A DNA stretch of 64,000 nucleotides from an uncultured Actinomycetes bacterium (GCA_963843705.1 CAWJLQ010000011.1:163946-227945); one strand, 5' to 3'. Counted from the stretch's first letter, positions 17,205 through 27,033 are shown. The notes: generated by a model not told the origin, from the letters alone. Numbers and translations: made by a program.

Positions 17205-17795
17205 CTAGTTGTGGGCAACCCGCCGCTGGCGCAGTACCAGCCAGACGGCGGCGACCACGATCGCGGCCACGACCAGGTAGTCGAGATAGCCGAAGCGCCG
17301 GTGCCAGGAGTCCCAGTTCTTGCCCGCCACGTCGCCGATCGCCACGAGCAGCAGGCACCAGGGCAGCGATCCGAGCAGCGTGAGCACGGAGAAGCGGCCG
17401 AGCGGCATCCGCGCGACGCCCGCCGGAAGCGAGATGAACGTCCGGATCACCGGCAGGAGCCGGGCGAAGAACACGGTCGGCGTGCCCCAGCGCTCGAACC
17501 AGCGGTGGGCCTGCTCGACGCGCCCGCGTGAGTGCTCGGAGCGCAGCAGCAGGGCGTCCACCCCGTAGGCGCCCGCGGCCCAGGCGATCAGCGATCCGAC
17601 CAGGTTCGCGACCGTGCCGACCACGACGGCGGCGACGAAGCTCATGCTGCCCTGGGAGACGAGGTACCCGGCATAGATCATGGTGACCTCGCTCGGGACG
17701 GGAATGCACGCGCTCTCGAGCACCATGAGCAGGAACACCGCCTCGAGCCCGTGGGCGGCGATGAACGTCTGGAGGTGATCGGTGACCGACTGCAT
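17205..17795 (-). CDS. DedA family membrane protein
   Basis: Internal ATG at 17795. SNARE-associated motifs LESACIPVPSE and FFARLLPVIRTF. Confidence 0.85.
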   Translation of the reverse strand: MQSVTDHLQTFIAAHGLEAVFLLMVLESACIPVPSEVTMIYAGYLVSQGSMSFVAAVVVGTVANLVGSLIAWAAGAYGVDALLLRSEHSRGRVEQAHRWFERWGTPTVFFARLLPVIRTFISLPAGVARMPLGRFSVLTLLGSLPWCLLLVAIGDVAGKNWDSWHRRFGYLDYLVVAAIVVAAVWLVLRQRRVAHN

Positions 17796-17806
17796 CCCGC
17801 GGGAGG

Positions 17807-19018
17807 TTAGCCAGCGTCCGCCGCCGGGACGAGGCCGTCCGTTGGAGGCGGCAAATGCGCGGTCAGCAGGTACGCGCCGCACGCCGCGGTCACGCACGAC
17901 ATCACGGCGATCAGGATCCGGTAGTCGACGATGCCGACCAGCCCCGCCCCGAGGGCGATCGAGACCGTCTGCGGCACCCCGACCAGCACGTCGGCGGCCG
18001 AGTTCACCCGACCCTGGAGGTCGGCGGGGGTGCGCAGCTGGACGGCGGTGAAGTACCCGACGACGGCCAGGGCGACCCCGCCCCCCGCGACCGCGAATCC
18101 GGCCAGCACGACGGCGGTGCGGGGCACGAGCAGCCCACCCTCCCCGAGGGCGAAGAGCAGCATGCCGAGCCCCATCACCCGGCCGTCGCCGTAGCGGCGG
18201 AGCGCTCCGCCGGCCAGCAGGCCGCCGGCGATCGCCCCGGCGCCCTGCGCCGTCGAGAGCACGCCGAAGAAGGTCGGCGGCCGGTGCAGCCCGTGCTGGA
18301 TCACCGAGAAGATCAGCGTCTCCGAGAAGCCGACCACCAGCAGACACGTGGCCGTCGCCGCCACGATCCGGCGCAGGCCCTGGGAGCGGGCGATATGGCG
18401 CGCGCCGGCCGCCACCTGGGCGCGCAGGTGATGCTCGGACGCACCGGGGCGGCGCTCGCGGTGACGCACGAGCGCGAGCGTCCCGGCGGCGACGACGAAG
18501 GTGGCGGCGTCGAGCGCGGCGACCGTCGGCCCGCCGAACGCCGCGAAGAGGCCGGCCCCGACGAGTGGCGCGAACAGGCGCATGCCCTCGCCGGTCGTCT
18601 GCAGGATCGCGTTCGCGTCGCCGAGCAGATCGGGCGGCAGCAGCCGGGTGAGGTAGGCCGACTGGGCGGAATAGAACAGCCAGCCGACGGCGCCGTAGAC
18701 GAGCGTGACCAGGTAGATCAGCCACAGGCCGCTGCGCCCGTGCACGGCCACGAGCGGCGCGAGCGCGGCCGCCCCGGCCACGTTCAGCCCGATCATCAGC
18801 GGCCGGGCGCGCACCCGGTCGACGATCAGGCCGAACACCGGCGAGACGAGCCCGGGCGCCGAGTAGGCGAAGAAGACGAGGCCGGCGGCCGCGCTCGAGC
18901 CGGTGATCGTCTTCACCCAGACGCCGAGCGCGAGGAACATCGCCCGGTCGCCGAAGACCGAGAGCGTCTGGCCGGCGACCAGGAGACGGGCGTCCCGGTG
19001 TGCGAGCAGGCGGCGCAC
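17807..19018 (-). CDS. MFS transporter
   Basis: About 12 TM helices and an MFS-type N-terminus (LLVAGQTLSVFGDR). Confidence 0.8.
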   Translation of the reverse strand: MRRLLAHRDARLLVAGQTLSVFGDRAMFLALGVWVKTITGSSAAAGLVFFAYSAPGLVSPVFGLIVDRVRARPLMIGLNVAGAAALAPLVAVHGRSGLWLIYLVTLVYGAVGWLFYSAQSAYLTRLLPPDLLGDANAILQTTGEGMRLFAPLVGAGLFAAFGGPTVAALDAATFVVAAGTLALVRHRERRPGASEHHLRAQVAAGARHIARSQGLRRIVAATATCLLVVGFSETLIFSVIQHGLHRPPTFFGVLSTAQGAGAIAGGLLAGGALRRYGDGRVMGLGMLLFALGEGGLLVPRTAVVLAGFAVAGGGVALAVVGYFTAVQLRTPADLQGRVNSAADVLVGVPQTVSIALGAGLVGIVDYRILIAVMSCVTAACGAYLLTAHLPPPTDGLVPAADAG

Positions 19019-19033
19019 GTCGGGGCGAGGGCG

Positions 19034-19447
19034 CTACTCGCCTGACGCGACCAGCGCCGCCAGGTTGCGCAGCTGGGCGTCGAGCGCGCTCCGCACCGGC
19101 CCGGACGCCATCGCGGCGAGCAGCCGGGGCAGGTCCACCTCGGAGGTCAGGGTCACGCGGGTGGCGTGCTCGCCCTCGCGCTCGAGCTCGAACACCGACG
19201 TGCCCTTGCGGTTGCCGTCGACGCGCTCCTCCACCAGCCGCCGGGGCGGGTCGCGGGAGACGATCCGCACCACCATCTCCTCGTGGACGCCCATCGTCAC
19301 GAGCTCGCACGCCATGTCGCCGTTCTCGAGCACGCGGCCGTCGCGGATCTCGTCCGGAAGCATGCGGATGTGCCTGTGCGGGTCGGCGATCCACTCCCAG
19401 ACGACGTCGGGCGGCGCGGGGCAGGTGGCGGAGACCGTGACCTTCAC
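19034..19447 (-). CDS. SRPBCC (START/polyketide-cyclase-like) family protein
   Basis: 137 aa with an N-terminal PPDVVWEWIADP pattern typical of SRPBCC. Confidence 0.6.
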   Translation of the reverse strand: MKVTVSATCPAPPDVVWEWIADPHRHIRMLPDEIRDGRVLENGDMACELVTMGVHEEMVVRIVSRDPPRRLVEERVDGNRKGTSVFELEREGEHATRVTLTSEVDLPRLLAAMASGPVRSALDAQLRNLAALVASGE

Positions 19448-19454
19448 GGCCGGC

Positions 19455-20558
19455 TCACGCCGCGTGATCGCGAACGGTGCGGTAGAGCGTGTCGCGCTGG
19501 CGGGCGACGTAGCCGGCGTTCGTGATCGTGTGGACGAAGTCGGCGGTGGATGCGCGGTACGTCGTCCCGGCCGCCGACACGACGTTCTCCTCGATCATGA
19601 TCGAGCCCATGTCGTCGGCGCCGAACGCCAGCGCCACCTGCCCGATCTTCATGCCCTGCGTCACCCACGACGACTGGATGTGGTCGACGTTGTCGAGGTA
19701 GATGCGGCTCACCGCCTGCATCAGCAGGTAGTCGAAGCTGGTCGGCGTCCACGTCACCTGCGGGGCGAGGGCCGTGTTGTCGGGCTGGTACGTCCACGAG
19801 ATGAAGGCGCGGAAGCCGTGCAGCTCGTCCTGCAGGTCGCGGATGCGGCGCAGGTGCTCGACGCGCTCCTCGAGCGTCTCGACGTGGCCCCACATCATCG
19901 TGGCGGTGGTGCTCATCCCCAGGCGGTGGGCGGCGCGCATGATCTGGAGCCACTCGTCCGACGTCGTCTTCTTCGGCGAGATGATCTTGCGGACGCGGTC
20001 GACCAGGATCTCGGCGCCGCCGCCGGGCAGCGAGTCGAGCCCGGCGTCACGCAGGCGCGAGAGCGTCTCCGACGGCGTCAGGCGCGACCTGCGGGCGATG
20101 TGCTGCACCTCGCTCGGCGAGAGCGCGTGCAGGTGGATCGGGTAGCCGGCCTTGATCGAGCGGAACAGGTCCTCGTACCAGTCGATGCCGAGATCGGGGT
20201 TGTGGCCGCCCTGCATGAGCACGGCGGTGCCGCCCAGCGCCAGCGTCTCCTCGATCTTCTTGAAGATGACCGCCTTCGGCAGGACGTACCCCTCGCGGGT
20301 GTCGCCCGGCTTGCGGTAGAACGCGCAGAAGGCGCAGTCGGTGTAGCAGACGTTCGAGTAGTTCAGGTTGCGGTCGACGATGAACGTGACCACGCCCGGC
20401 TCGGAGGTGCGGTTGCGCAGCTCGTTGGCGACGCTGCCGACGGCCACGAGATCGCGCGAGCGCAGCAGCGCGCAGGCGTCGGCGTCGGAGATGCGCTCGC
20501 CGGCGAGCGCCTTCTCGAGCACCTGGGAGACCGTGGATGCCTCGACGGTGATGCTCAC
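19455..20558 (-). CDS. mqnC: Radical SAM menaquinone (futalosine pathway) enzyme, most likely cyclic dehypoxanthinyl futalosine synthase
   Basis: CxxxCxxC (CYTDCAFCAF) and FISWTYQPDNT. GTG at 20558 was chosen because TAGGCT lies 7 nt upstream. The MqnC versus MqnE assignment comes from motif memory only. Confidence 0.7.
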   Translation of the reverse strand: MSITVEASTVSQVLEKALAGERISDADACALLRSRDLVAVGSVANELRNRTSEPGVVTFIVDRNLNYSNVCYTDCAFCAFYRKPGDTREGYVLPKAVIFKKIEETLALGGTAVLMQGGHNPDLGIDWYEDLFRSIKAGYPIHLHALSPSEVQHIARRSRLTPSETLSRLRDAGLDSLPGGGAEILVDRVRKIISPKKTTSDEWLQIMRAAHRLGMSTTATMMWGHVETLEERVEHLRRIRDLQDELHGFRAFISWTYQPDNTALAPQVTWTPTSFDYLLMQAVSRIYLDNVDHIQSSWVTQGMKIGQVALAFGADDMGSIMIEENVVSAAGTTYRASTADFVHTITNAGYVARQRDTLYRTVRDHAA

Positions 20559-20565
20559 GTGGGCA

Positions 20566-20571
20566 AGCCTA
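20566..20571 (-). promoter_or_regulatory. -10-like TAGGCT, 7 nt upstream of the mqnC GTG at 20558
   Basis: TAnnnT hexamer at leaderless spacing. Confidence 0.4.
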
Positions 20572-20704
20572 GCCCACGCGCCTGCGCCGCGGCTCAGACT
20601 GGGCGGGGGCACCGCAGACGGCGTCGCGGGGGGTCGGATAGGGTTTCGCGCATCCGCCGCCCGCCTGATCTCCGCGGCCGCCCCGCAGGCGAGGCCGAGC
20701 ACCG

Positions 20705-22726
20705 GTGAGCGCAGCCGCCACGGCGCTCCTGGCAGTCGCCGTCCTGGCGCCCGGCGTGGGCGCGATGCTGGCGCTCTTCCCACCGGGAGCGGTCTCGGTG
20801 CCGGCCGCGTGCGCGCTCAGCCTCGGCCTGGGCTACGCCCTGACGGCGCTGGCGGCGACGGCACTCGCCCTCGTTGGCATCCTCACGCCGGCGACGGTCA
20901 TCGGGGCGGTGATCGTCGTCGCGGGAGCGGCGTGGGCCGTCGCGCTTCGGCGCCATGGGCTGCGCGCGCGTGTTCGGGCCGCGCGCATGCACGGGTGGCG
21001 GGCGCGCACGACCGACATCGCCGGGATCGCCGTGATCGTCGTCTACGCGGTCGTGCGCTACCACCGCTACTCGCCGCTCCTGAACTTCGACGTCGCCGCG
21101 GCGTGGCGGTACTGGGCGGACGGGGCGATCGTCGGCCACGCCGGCCACGTCCCGGCGCAGACGGTGGGGTGGGGATCGACGTACCCGACCACCGTGAGCA
21201 AGGTGATCCTGAACTCGTCGCTCGGGGCGGTCGGCTTCTTCACCGGGCCGCTGCACGGGATGGGCGCGCTGCTGTGGCTGAGCGCCGTCGGGCTGCTGGT
21301 GGCGGTGTGGGCGCTCGCGGCCGAGCTCGGCCTGGTCGTGGTCGCGCCGCTCGTCCCCCTGCTCCTGATCGCGACTCCCGCCGGGTTCCCCCTGAACCAC
21401 GAGATGACCAACGACCTGGACGCCTTCACGGCGGAGGACGTGGGCCGGATGGTGGCGGTCGCCGGCCTCCTGCTCGCCGTGATCGCGCTGCGGTCGGGGA
21501 GCCGGACGAAGGCGCTCGCCGCCGGCGTCGTGCTGCTCGCATGCGCCGGCACGCACCTCGTGCCCACGGCCGTCGCCGCAGGCCTGCTCGTCCTCTACGC
21601 GGTCGTGTACGCGGCGTCCCGGCGGCGCCTGCGCGGGAGCGCGGTCGTGCTCGCGATCGTCGCCGCCACAACGATCGTGGGCTGGACCGGGATCGTGCTC
21701 GCCTCCGGCGGCCAGCTCGGGTTCCAGCGCGTGGGCCAGTCCTCCGCGTCGACCGGGTTCCCGCCCGCCTACGACCCGGCGGCGTCCTTCGAGCGTGGGC
21801 ACCCGGTCGTGCATCCGGTGCGCACGAGCCGCGGCCACTACTACCTCCCGAAGACGGTGGTCAACGGCTTCATCGCGAGCGCGGGCGGATCGACCGCGGG
21901 CACGCCTCCCCGCCGGGCGTACGCCGTCGTCGCGCTCGCGGCCGCCCTCGCGCTGGCGCTGCTCGTCCTGCCCCGCACGGGGCTCCGCCCGGTCGGCGCG
22001 ATGGCGCTCGGCCTGGGCGTGATCATCCTCGCCGTCGCGCTCGCCTTCAACTACCGCTACACAACCCTCGTGCCGGCGGATTTCGGGCTGCACCGGCTCT
22101 ACGACTACGACGCGCTGCCGGTGGTCCTCGCCGCGGCGGGCGCGGCGGAGCTGGGCGCCCGCGGGCTGGCGCGCCTGCACCGGTACGGGCGTCCGGCCGC
22201 GATCGCGCTGGCCGCGGCTGCCGCGCTCGTGCTCGCGGCGCATGCGCGCCCGACGCTGACCACGGCCACGGCGGCGCAGGCCCAGGGCGTGTTCGCGGCG
22301 GTGCGGGCGGAGGTGCCCTGCACCGCGCGGGTGCTGCCCGACGCACGCACGGCGGGCAGCTTCGCCGCGCTCACGGGCCGCGAGAGCATCCTCGAGGGCA
22401 TGGCCCCCTACCTCAACCCCGCGCTGATGAAGCGGGTGCTGCCGGTGCTCTTCGGCGCCCGCGACTTCTTCCGCCATCCCCAGGCGAACGCGGCCTACCT
22501 CGCCCGCCAGCGAGTCGACTTCGTCCTGCTCCTGACCGACCGCAACGTCGAGATCGGCGCGTCGGGCGGCCGGGTCGACCGCGGCGTCGACAGGCCCGGC
22601 CTGCGCGCGCTGCCGAACCTGCGGCTGGTCAGAAGCGGGCCGGCATTCGAGCTCTACGCGGTCGGCGGCGCGCTCGTCGTCGGGCCGGGTCCGAGCACCG
22701 CCACGTGCTCGGCGGCACTCGGCTAG
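20705..22726 (+). CDS. Large polytopic membrane protein, GT-C-like; function unknown
   Basis: 673 aa with many TM helices and high GC3. I see no specific family motif. The start is uncertain. Confidence 0.5.
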   Translation: MSAAATALLAVAVLAPGVGAMLALFPPGAVSVPAACALSLGLGYALTALAATALALVGILTPATVIGAVIVVAGAAWAVALRRHGLRARVRAARMHGWRARTTDIAGIAVIVVYAVVRYHRYSPLLNFDVAAAWRYWADGAIVGHAGHVPAQTVGWGSTYPTTVSKVILNSSLGAVGFFTGPLHGMGALLWLSAVGLLVAVWALAAELGLVVVAPLVPLLLIATPAGFPLNHEMTNDLDAFTAEDVGRMVAVAGLLLAVIALRSGSRTKALAAGVVLLACAGTHLVPTAVAAGLLVLYAVVYAASRRRLRGSAVVLAIVAATTIVGWTGIVLASGGQLGFQRVGQSSASTGFPPAYDPAASFERGHPVVHPVRTSRGHYYLPKTVVNGFIASAGGSTAGTPPRRAYAVVALAAALALALLVLPRTGLRPVGAMALGLGVIILAVALAFNYRYTTLVPADFGLHRLYDYDALPVVLAAAGAAELGARGLARLHRYGRPAAIALAAAAALVLAAHARPTLTTATAAQAQGVFAAVRAEVPCTARVLPDARTAGSFAALTGRESILEGMAPYLNPALMKRVLPVLFGARDFFRHPQANAAYLARQRVDFVLLLTDRNVEIGASGGRVDRGVDRPGLRALPNLRLVRSGPAFELYAVGGALVVGPGPSTATCSAALG

Positions 22727-22735
22727 GGGTGTGTT

Positions 22736-23503
22736 CTAGGAGACGGTCTGCTCGACCTCGGCGAAGCGCAGCTCGGGTACGGTGTCGAGCGCGCCGGCGA
22801 GGTGGGCGAGCTCGAAGAACCGCACCGCGCCCTGGCGCTCGCGCGGGCCGAAGTGGTAACGCAGCTTCTCGAAGTAGCGGGCGAGGAAGCCGGCCGGCCA
22901 GCCGTACTGCTCGGCCGCCCTGCGCGCGAGCAGCTCCGGCTCCGAACGAGCCAGCGCGAGCGAGCGCAGGTGCGCGCGCTCGAGCTCGGCCAGGCCTTCG
23001 CCGACGCCCTCCCGGCACGCCCACACCGCGAACACCATCGGCAGCCCCGTGCGCTCCTGCCAGAGCCGGCCGAGATCGTGGTGGGGGGTGGGATCCTCGA
23101 ACGCGCTTCGCAGCGCCGCGTCGCCGATCAGCATGCGCGCGTCGGCCGGCCGGTCGAGCGGCACGAGCTCGACGTCCCCGAGCAGCACCTTCGTGAGCAC
23201 GACCGAGGTCGCGCTCTCGGGCGTGACGGCGACGCTGCGGACGTGCTCCAGCGGCTTCCGCGTGATCAGCTGGATCGAGTCGACGGCGCCCTCGGACGAC
23301 ACACACAGGCGCGGCAGGAGCATCAGCCGGTCGGCGTTGCGGGCGTACTCGATCGACGAGATCGGCGCCACGTCGATCTCGCCCTCGATCAGCATGCGGT
23401 TGAGCGCCGTCGGCACGCCCGTCACCTGCTCCACGTCCACGCCGCCCAGGTCGTAGAACACCGGCGCCATGTTGGCGTACGCGATGCGGCCGAGCCGGAT
23501 CAG
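22736..23503 (-). CDS. mqnA: Chorismate dehydratase (futalosine pathway MqnA); the start appears to be non-canonical
   Basis: VitK2_biosynth-like sequence. The conserved N-terminal strand IRLGRIAYAN lies upstream of the first ATG (23470). The only plausible in-frame initiator there is CTG at 23503, or ATC at 23500. Confidence 0.75.
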   Translation of the reverse strand: MIRLGRIAYANMAPVFYDLGGVDVEQVTGVPTALNRMLIEGEIDVAPISSIEYARNADRLMLLPRLCVSSEGAVDSIQLITRKPLEHVRSVAVTPESATSVVLTKVLLGDVELVPLDRPADARMLIGDAALRSAFEDPTPHHDLGRLWQERTGLPMVFAVWACREGVGEGLAELERAHLRSLALARSEPELLARRAAEQYGWPAGFLARYFEKLRYHFGPRERQGAVRFFELAHLAGALDTVPELRFAEVEQTVS

Positions 23504-24606
23504 AACGTCCTCACGGCGTTGTAGAGCGTGTCACGCTGGACGGGCGCGCGGCCCGCCTCGCGGATCAGCGCCACCAGGTCGGCGATGCGCTCCTCTTGCG
23601 GCGTCACGGCTCCGGCGGCATGCGCGATCTGCTCCTCCATCACCGTCCCCTGGATGTCGTTCGCGCCGAAGTGCAGCGCCACCTGGGCGAGCGGCGTCGA
23701 GATCATGATCCAGTACGCCTTGATGTTCGGGATGTTGTCGAGCATGAGCCGCGACACCGCGATCATCTTCAGATCGTCGTTCCCGGTCGAGAACCGCCAG
23801 CCGCGGCGCTGGAACACGGTGTTCTCCGGGTGGAACGGGAGCGGGATGAAGGCCAGGAACCCGCCGGTGTCGTCCTGGAGGTCGCGCAGCCGCAGCCAAT
23901 GGTCGACGCGCTCCTCGAACGTCTCGACGTGGCCGTAGAGCATCGTGCAGTGCGTGGGGATGCCCATGCCGTGGGCGGCGCGGTGGGTGGCGATCCAGTT
24001 GTCGGGGTGCTCCTTGCCCGGCGCCACCAGGCGGCGCACGCGATCGGCGAACACCTCCGCCCCGCCGCCGGGAAGCGACCCCAGGCCGGCCGCCTTGAGG
24101 TCGGCCAGCACCTCGGCGTGCGTCTTGCCCGAGAGCTTCGTCATGTGGTGGATCTCGGAAGCCGTGAAGAGCTTCAGGTGGACGTCGGGCAGCGCCTCGT
24201 GCAGCGCGCGGGTGACGTCCGGGTAGTAGTCGTAGCCGATGTGGGGGTGCTCGCCGCCGACCATGTGGATCTCGCTGTAGCGCTCGCGGCCGTACACGTC
24301 GACGGCGTGCGCGACCAGGTCGGCGATGTCCCAGGTGTAGGCGCCCTCCTGCCGGCCCGTCCGGGCGAACGCGCAGAACTTGCACTTCACCCGGCACACG
24401 TTCGTGTGGTTCAGGTACAGGTTGTTGACGAAGTAGACCTCGTCGCCCCCGCCGCGCAGCCTCCGGGCCGTGTCCGCCAGCTCGCCCAGCCCGAGCAGGT
24501 CGTCCGACTCGAGCAGCGCCACCCCGTCGTCGAAGTCGAGCCGCTCGCCGGCGAGCACCTTCTCGCGGATCGGCGCGAGCGTATCGAGTCGGGTGGCGAG
24601 GGCCAT
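23500..24606 (-). CDS. mqnE: Radical SAM aminodeoxyfutalosine synthase-like enzyme
   Basis: Internal ATG at 24606. Motifs CRVKCKFCAF and FIPLPFHPENT. It lies directly upstream of mqnA, as in Thermus (from memory). Confidence 0.7.
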   Translation of the reverse strand: MALATRLDTLAPIREKVLAGERLDFDDGVALLESDDLLGLGELADTARRLRGGGDEVYFVNNLYLNHTNVCRVKCKFCAFARTGRQEGAYTWDIADLVAHAVDVYGRERYSEIHMVGGEHPHIGYDYYPDVTRALHEALPDVHLKLFTASEIHHMTKLSGKTHAEVLADLKAAGLGSLPGGGAEVFADRVRRLVAPGKEHPDNWIATHRAAHGMGIPTHCTMLYGHVETFEERVDHWLRLRDLQDDTGGFLAFIPLPFHPENTVFQRRGWRFSTGNDDLKMIAVSRLMLDNIPNIKAYWIMISTPLAQVALHFGANDIQGTVMEEQIAHAAGAVTPQEERIADLVALIREAGRAPVQRDTLYNAVRTF

Positions 24607-24620
24607 CGGCGTGGCGGAGT

Positions 24621-25865
24621 CTATCGCCGGTACGTGTAGGCCGGGCGCAAGCCCAGCAGCTGCGGCACCGTCACCAGGTGGTAGCCGCGGGCGAGCAGTG
24701 TCGGCACGATCGTCGCGAGCGCCTGCACGGTCTCGCTGCGGTCGCCACCGCCGTCGTGCATGATCACGATCGCGCCCGGATGGACGGCCGCCAGCACGCG
24801 CTGTGCGATCACGCCCGCGCCGGGACGGGCCCAGTCCTGGGGGTCGACGTCCCACTGGATCGTGAGCAGGCCGAGCGAGCGGGCGATGCCGACGACCGCC
24901 GGCGGCGCCGTCCCGTAGGGCGGGCGCAGCAGGCAGGGGCGGAAGCCGGTGGCGGCGTGGATCGCCTTCTGCGTCGGGCGGATCTGGGCGGCGGTGTTCG
25001 CCGCCGTCAGAACCGGATGCGACCAGGTGTGGTCGCCGATCACGTCCCCGGCGCGGAGCACCGCGCGCGAGGTGGCCGCGAGCGGGCCGACCTGCCGTCC
25101 GATCTCGAAGAACGTCGCGTGGACGCCGTAGCGGCCGAGCAGCCGGAGCACCTGCGGCGTGTAGACCGACGGGCCGTCGTCGAAGGTGAGCGCGATCCGG
25201 CGGCCCGCGGACGGGCCGTCGAAGCGCTCTGACGTCCCGGCGGCGGTGCAGCCGTCGAGCGTGTAGCGGTCGATGCCCCACGCGACGCGGCCGCGGTCGG
25301 GGGCGAGGTCGTGGCACACGGCGGCACAGGCCGCTCCGCGCCCCTTCCAGGTGCTCGTGGCCGACCAGTCGAGCCGCTCCGGCCCGAGCCCGATGCGCGC
25401 GTAGGCGAACGTCACCTGCGCCCCGCGGCGGAGGTGCCGCACGCTCGCCGGCACGAACCGCGGCCGTGGCCCGCCGGCCGCGAGCGGCAGCCGGTAGAGG
25501 GCGTGGCGGCCACTGCCCCCGATCACGCAGACCCGCTGCCCTGCAGCCGGACGGCCGCGGGGGACGAGGTCGACGCACACGGTGCGATCGCCCGCGCCGC
25601 TGAGCTCGGACACCCTGAACGGCGCGTTCACGCGAAAGGTCATCACCAGCGAGCCGCCGGATTGGGTCAGCCGGACCGAGCGCAGGTCGAGCTTGCCGGG
25701 GGTGTCGGCGGGGTCGGTCACGAGCAGGCTCGGCGCCCGCGAGGTCGAGCGTGCGGGTTGCCCCTGCGCGGCCGCCGGCGTCGCGAGGGGAGCGGTCGCC
25801 GCGGCCGCCGAGAGGCACGCCACCGCCGCCGCCGAGGCGAGTCGGATGGCGATGCGTCTGCCCAC
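24621..25865 (-). CDS. Secreted polysaccharide deacetylase (NodB/CE4 domain) with an N-terminal beta-rich domain
   Basis: Signal peptide, then IALTFDDGPS and HTWSHP motifs. Confidence 0.8.
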   Translation of the reverse strand: MGRRIAIRLASAAAVACLSAAAATAPLATPAAAQGQPARSTSRAPSLLVTDPADTPGKLDLRSVRLTQSGGSLVMTFRVNAPFRVSELSGAGDRTVCVDLVPRGRPAAGQRVCVIGGSGRHALYRLPLAAGGPRPRFVPASVRHLRRGAQVTFAYARIGLGPERLDWSATSTWKGRGAACAAVCHDLAPDRGRVAWGIDRYTLDGCTAAGTSERFDGPSAGRRIALTFDDGPSVYTPQVLRLLGRYGVHATFFEIGRQVGPLAATSRAVLRAGDVIGDHTWSHPVLTAANTAAQIRPTQKAIHAATGFRPCLLRPPYGTAPPAVVGIARSLGLLTIQWDVDPQDWARPGAGVIAQRVLAAVHPGAIVIMHDGGGDRSETVQALATIVPTLLARGYHLVTVPQLLGLRPAYTYRR

Positions 25866-25872
25866 GCGTCAC

Positions 25873-25878
25873 AGCCTA
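25873..25878 (-). promoter_or_regulatory. -10-like TAGGCT, 7 nt upstream of GTG 25865
   Basis: TAnnnT hexamer at leaderless spacing. Confidence 0.4.
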
Positions 25879-25924
25879 CGGCACGCCCGTCACGATCAGG
25901 TAACGACCGCCCGCCGCTTGCGGA

Positions 25925-25930
25925 TACGAT
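25925..25930 (+). promoter_or_regulatory. -10-like TACGAT, 8 nt upstream of GTG 25939
   Basis: TAnnnT hexamer at leaderless spacing. Confidence 0.4.
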
Positions 25931-25938
25931 CCGCCGCC

Positions 25939-26493
25939 GTGGGCCGGCGGATCGTTCTCCAGGGCATCAGCGGCTCGGGCAAGACGACGCTGGGGCGCGC
26001 GCTGGCGGCGTCGGTCGGCGTGCCGTTCGTCGAGACCGATGCCCTCGTGCACGGCCCTGGGTGGAGCGAGACGGGCGACGCCGAGCTGCGCGCCCTGCTC
26101 GCCCCGACCGTCGAGTCGGGCGGATGGGTGCTCGACTCCGACTACCGCCGCAAGCTCGACACGTATGTGATGGAGCACGCCGACACGGTCGTCTGGCTCG
26201 ACCTGCCGCTGTGGCTCTGCCTGCACCGGCTGCGGCGGCGCACGCTCCGGCGGATCCGTCGCAACGAGGAGCTCTGGAACGGCAACCGCGAGTCGTGGCG
26301 GGCCGCCTTCTGGGGCCGGGAGTCGCTGTTCGTCTGGGCGGTGCGCAAGCACTTCACCCACGGCCGCCAGCTGCACGAGCTCCTGGCCCGCCCGGAGCTG
26401 GCTCACCTCGAAGTGGTGCGGCTGCGCACGCCGGCGGCCGTCGAGAGCTGGCTGGGGACGGTGGCCGAAGCGCAGGCGGCGAAGGGACGATGA
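25939..26493 (+). CDS. P-loop NTPase, adenylate-kinase/topology-modulation-like
   Basis: Internal GTG at 25939. Walker A motif GISGSGKTT. About 184 aa. Confidence 0.6.
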   Translation: MGRRIVLQGISGSGKTTLGRALAASVGVPFVETDALVHGPGWSETGDAELRALLAPTVESGGWVLDSDYRRKLDTYVMEHADTVVWLDLPLWLCLHRLRRRTLRRIRRNEELWNGNRESWRAAFWGRESLFVWAVRKHFTHGRQLHELLARPELAHLEVVRLRTPAAVESWLGTVAEAQAAKGR

Positions 26494-26541
26494 GGTCAAG
26501 CCGGCTCGCTCCCACGAAACCGCCTGCGCCGCGCCTGGCGC

Positions 26542-27033
26542 TCACGGCGCGTTCGCCTGCGCGGACAACCAGCGCCGTTGCGCGTGCCAGCGCTGGAGGG
26601 TGCGGCGGCTGGGTGGGACGGCGGTGCAGCCGGGATGGGGTTGGAGGGTGATCTGGGCAGGGGTGGCGCCGGCGGCATAGCGCTCCTCGAGATTGCGGCG
26701 GAGCGCCGGCCAGGAGTAGCTGCCTGGCCGGGTCCGCTGCGGCGGCGGCCCGCTCAGGCGCTCCAGGTGTGCGTCCAGGGCGCGGCTTCTGGCGAGGGTG
26801 AGGCAGTCGTTCGCCTTCCATACGCCCATCAGCGTGCGCACGAAGTCGCGGCCTGATCGCCGCGTCTGGAACTCGGCGCTTGCGTGCGCCTCGCACAGCC
26901 AGACCGACACGCGGTGCGTGAGCCGGACGTTCTGCGTGCGGCCGCGGGTGCGATCCACGCAGATCGCGCAGACCGGCTGCTTCAGCGGCACATTCCGAGC
27001 CTTGTACAGCGTGGGCGGCGAGATCCAGGGCAT
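26542..27033 (-). CDS. Hypothetical protein with a CxxC...CxxH zinc-ribbon-like N-terminus and a possible C-terminal HTH (SRRTLQRWHAQRRW)
   Basis: High GC3. I do not recognise a family. Confidence 0.4.
   Translation of the reverse strand: MPWISPPTLYKARNVPLKQPVCAICVDRTRGRTQNVRLTHRVSVWLCEAHASAEFQTRRSGRDFVRTLMGVWKANDCLTLARSRALDAHLERLSGPPPQRTRPGSYSWPALRRNLEERYAAGATPAQITLQPHPGCTAVPPSRRTLQRWHAQRRWLSAQANAP

Noticed and set aside
13317-17531. Very long ORFs on the strand opposite to recognised genes: 13317..17531 (1404 aa), 41996..45091 (1031 aa), 54496..57354 (952 aa), 20368..23196 (942 aa), 15268..17709 (813 aa) and the 5' part of 32285..35185
   Set aside because: Their translations are Arg/Pro/Gly/Ala-rich low-complexity strings with no family motifs. 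They lie antisense to or out of frame with genes that have clear family signatures and GC3 bias. Stop-codon depletion in a high-GC genome produces such ORFs.
23495-23510. An MqnE-MqnA fusion protein produced by frameshifting
   Set aside because: A clean TGA ends mqnE and no slippery sequence is evident. Stop/start coupling on a rare initiator explains the data more simply.
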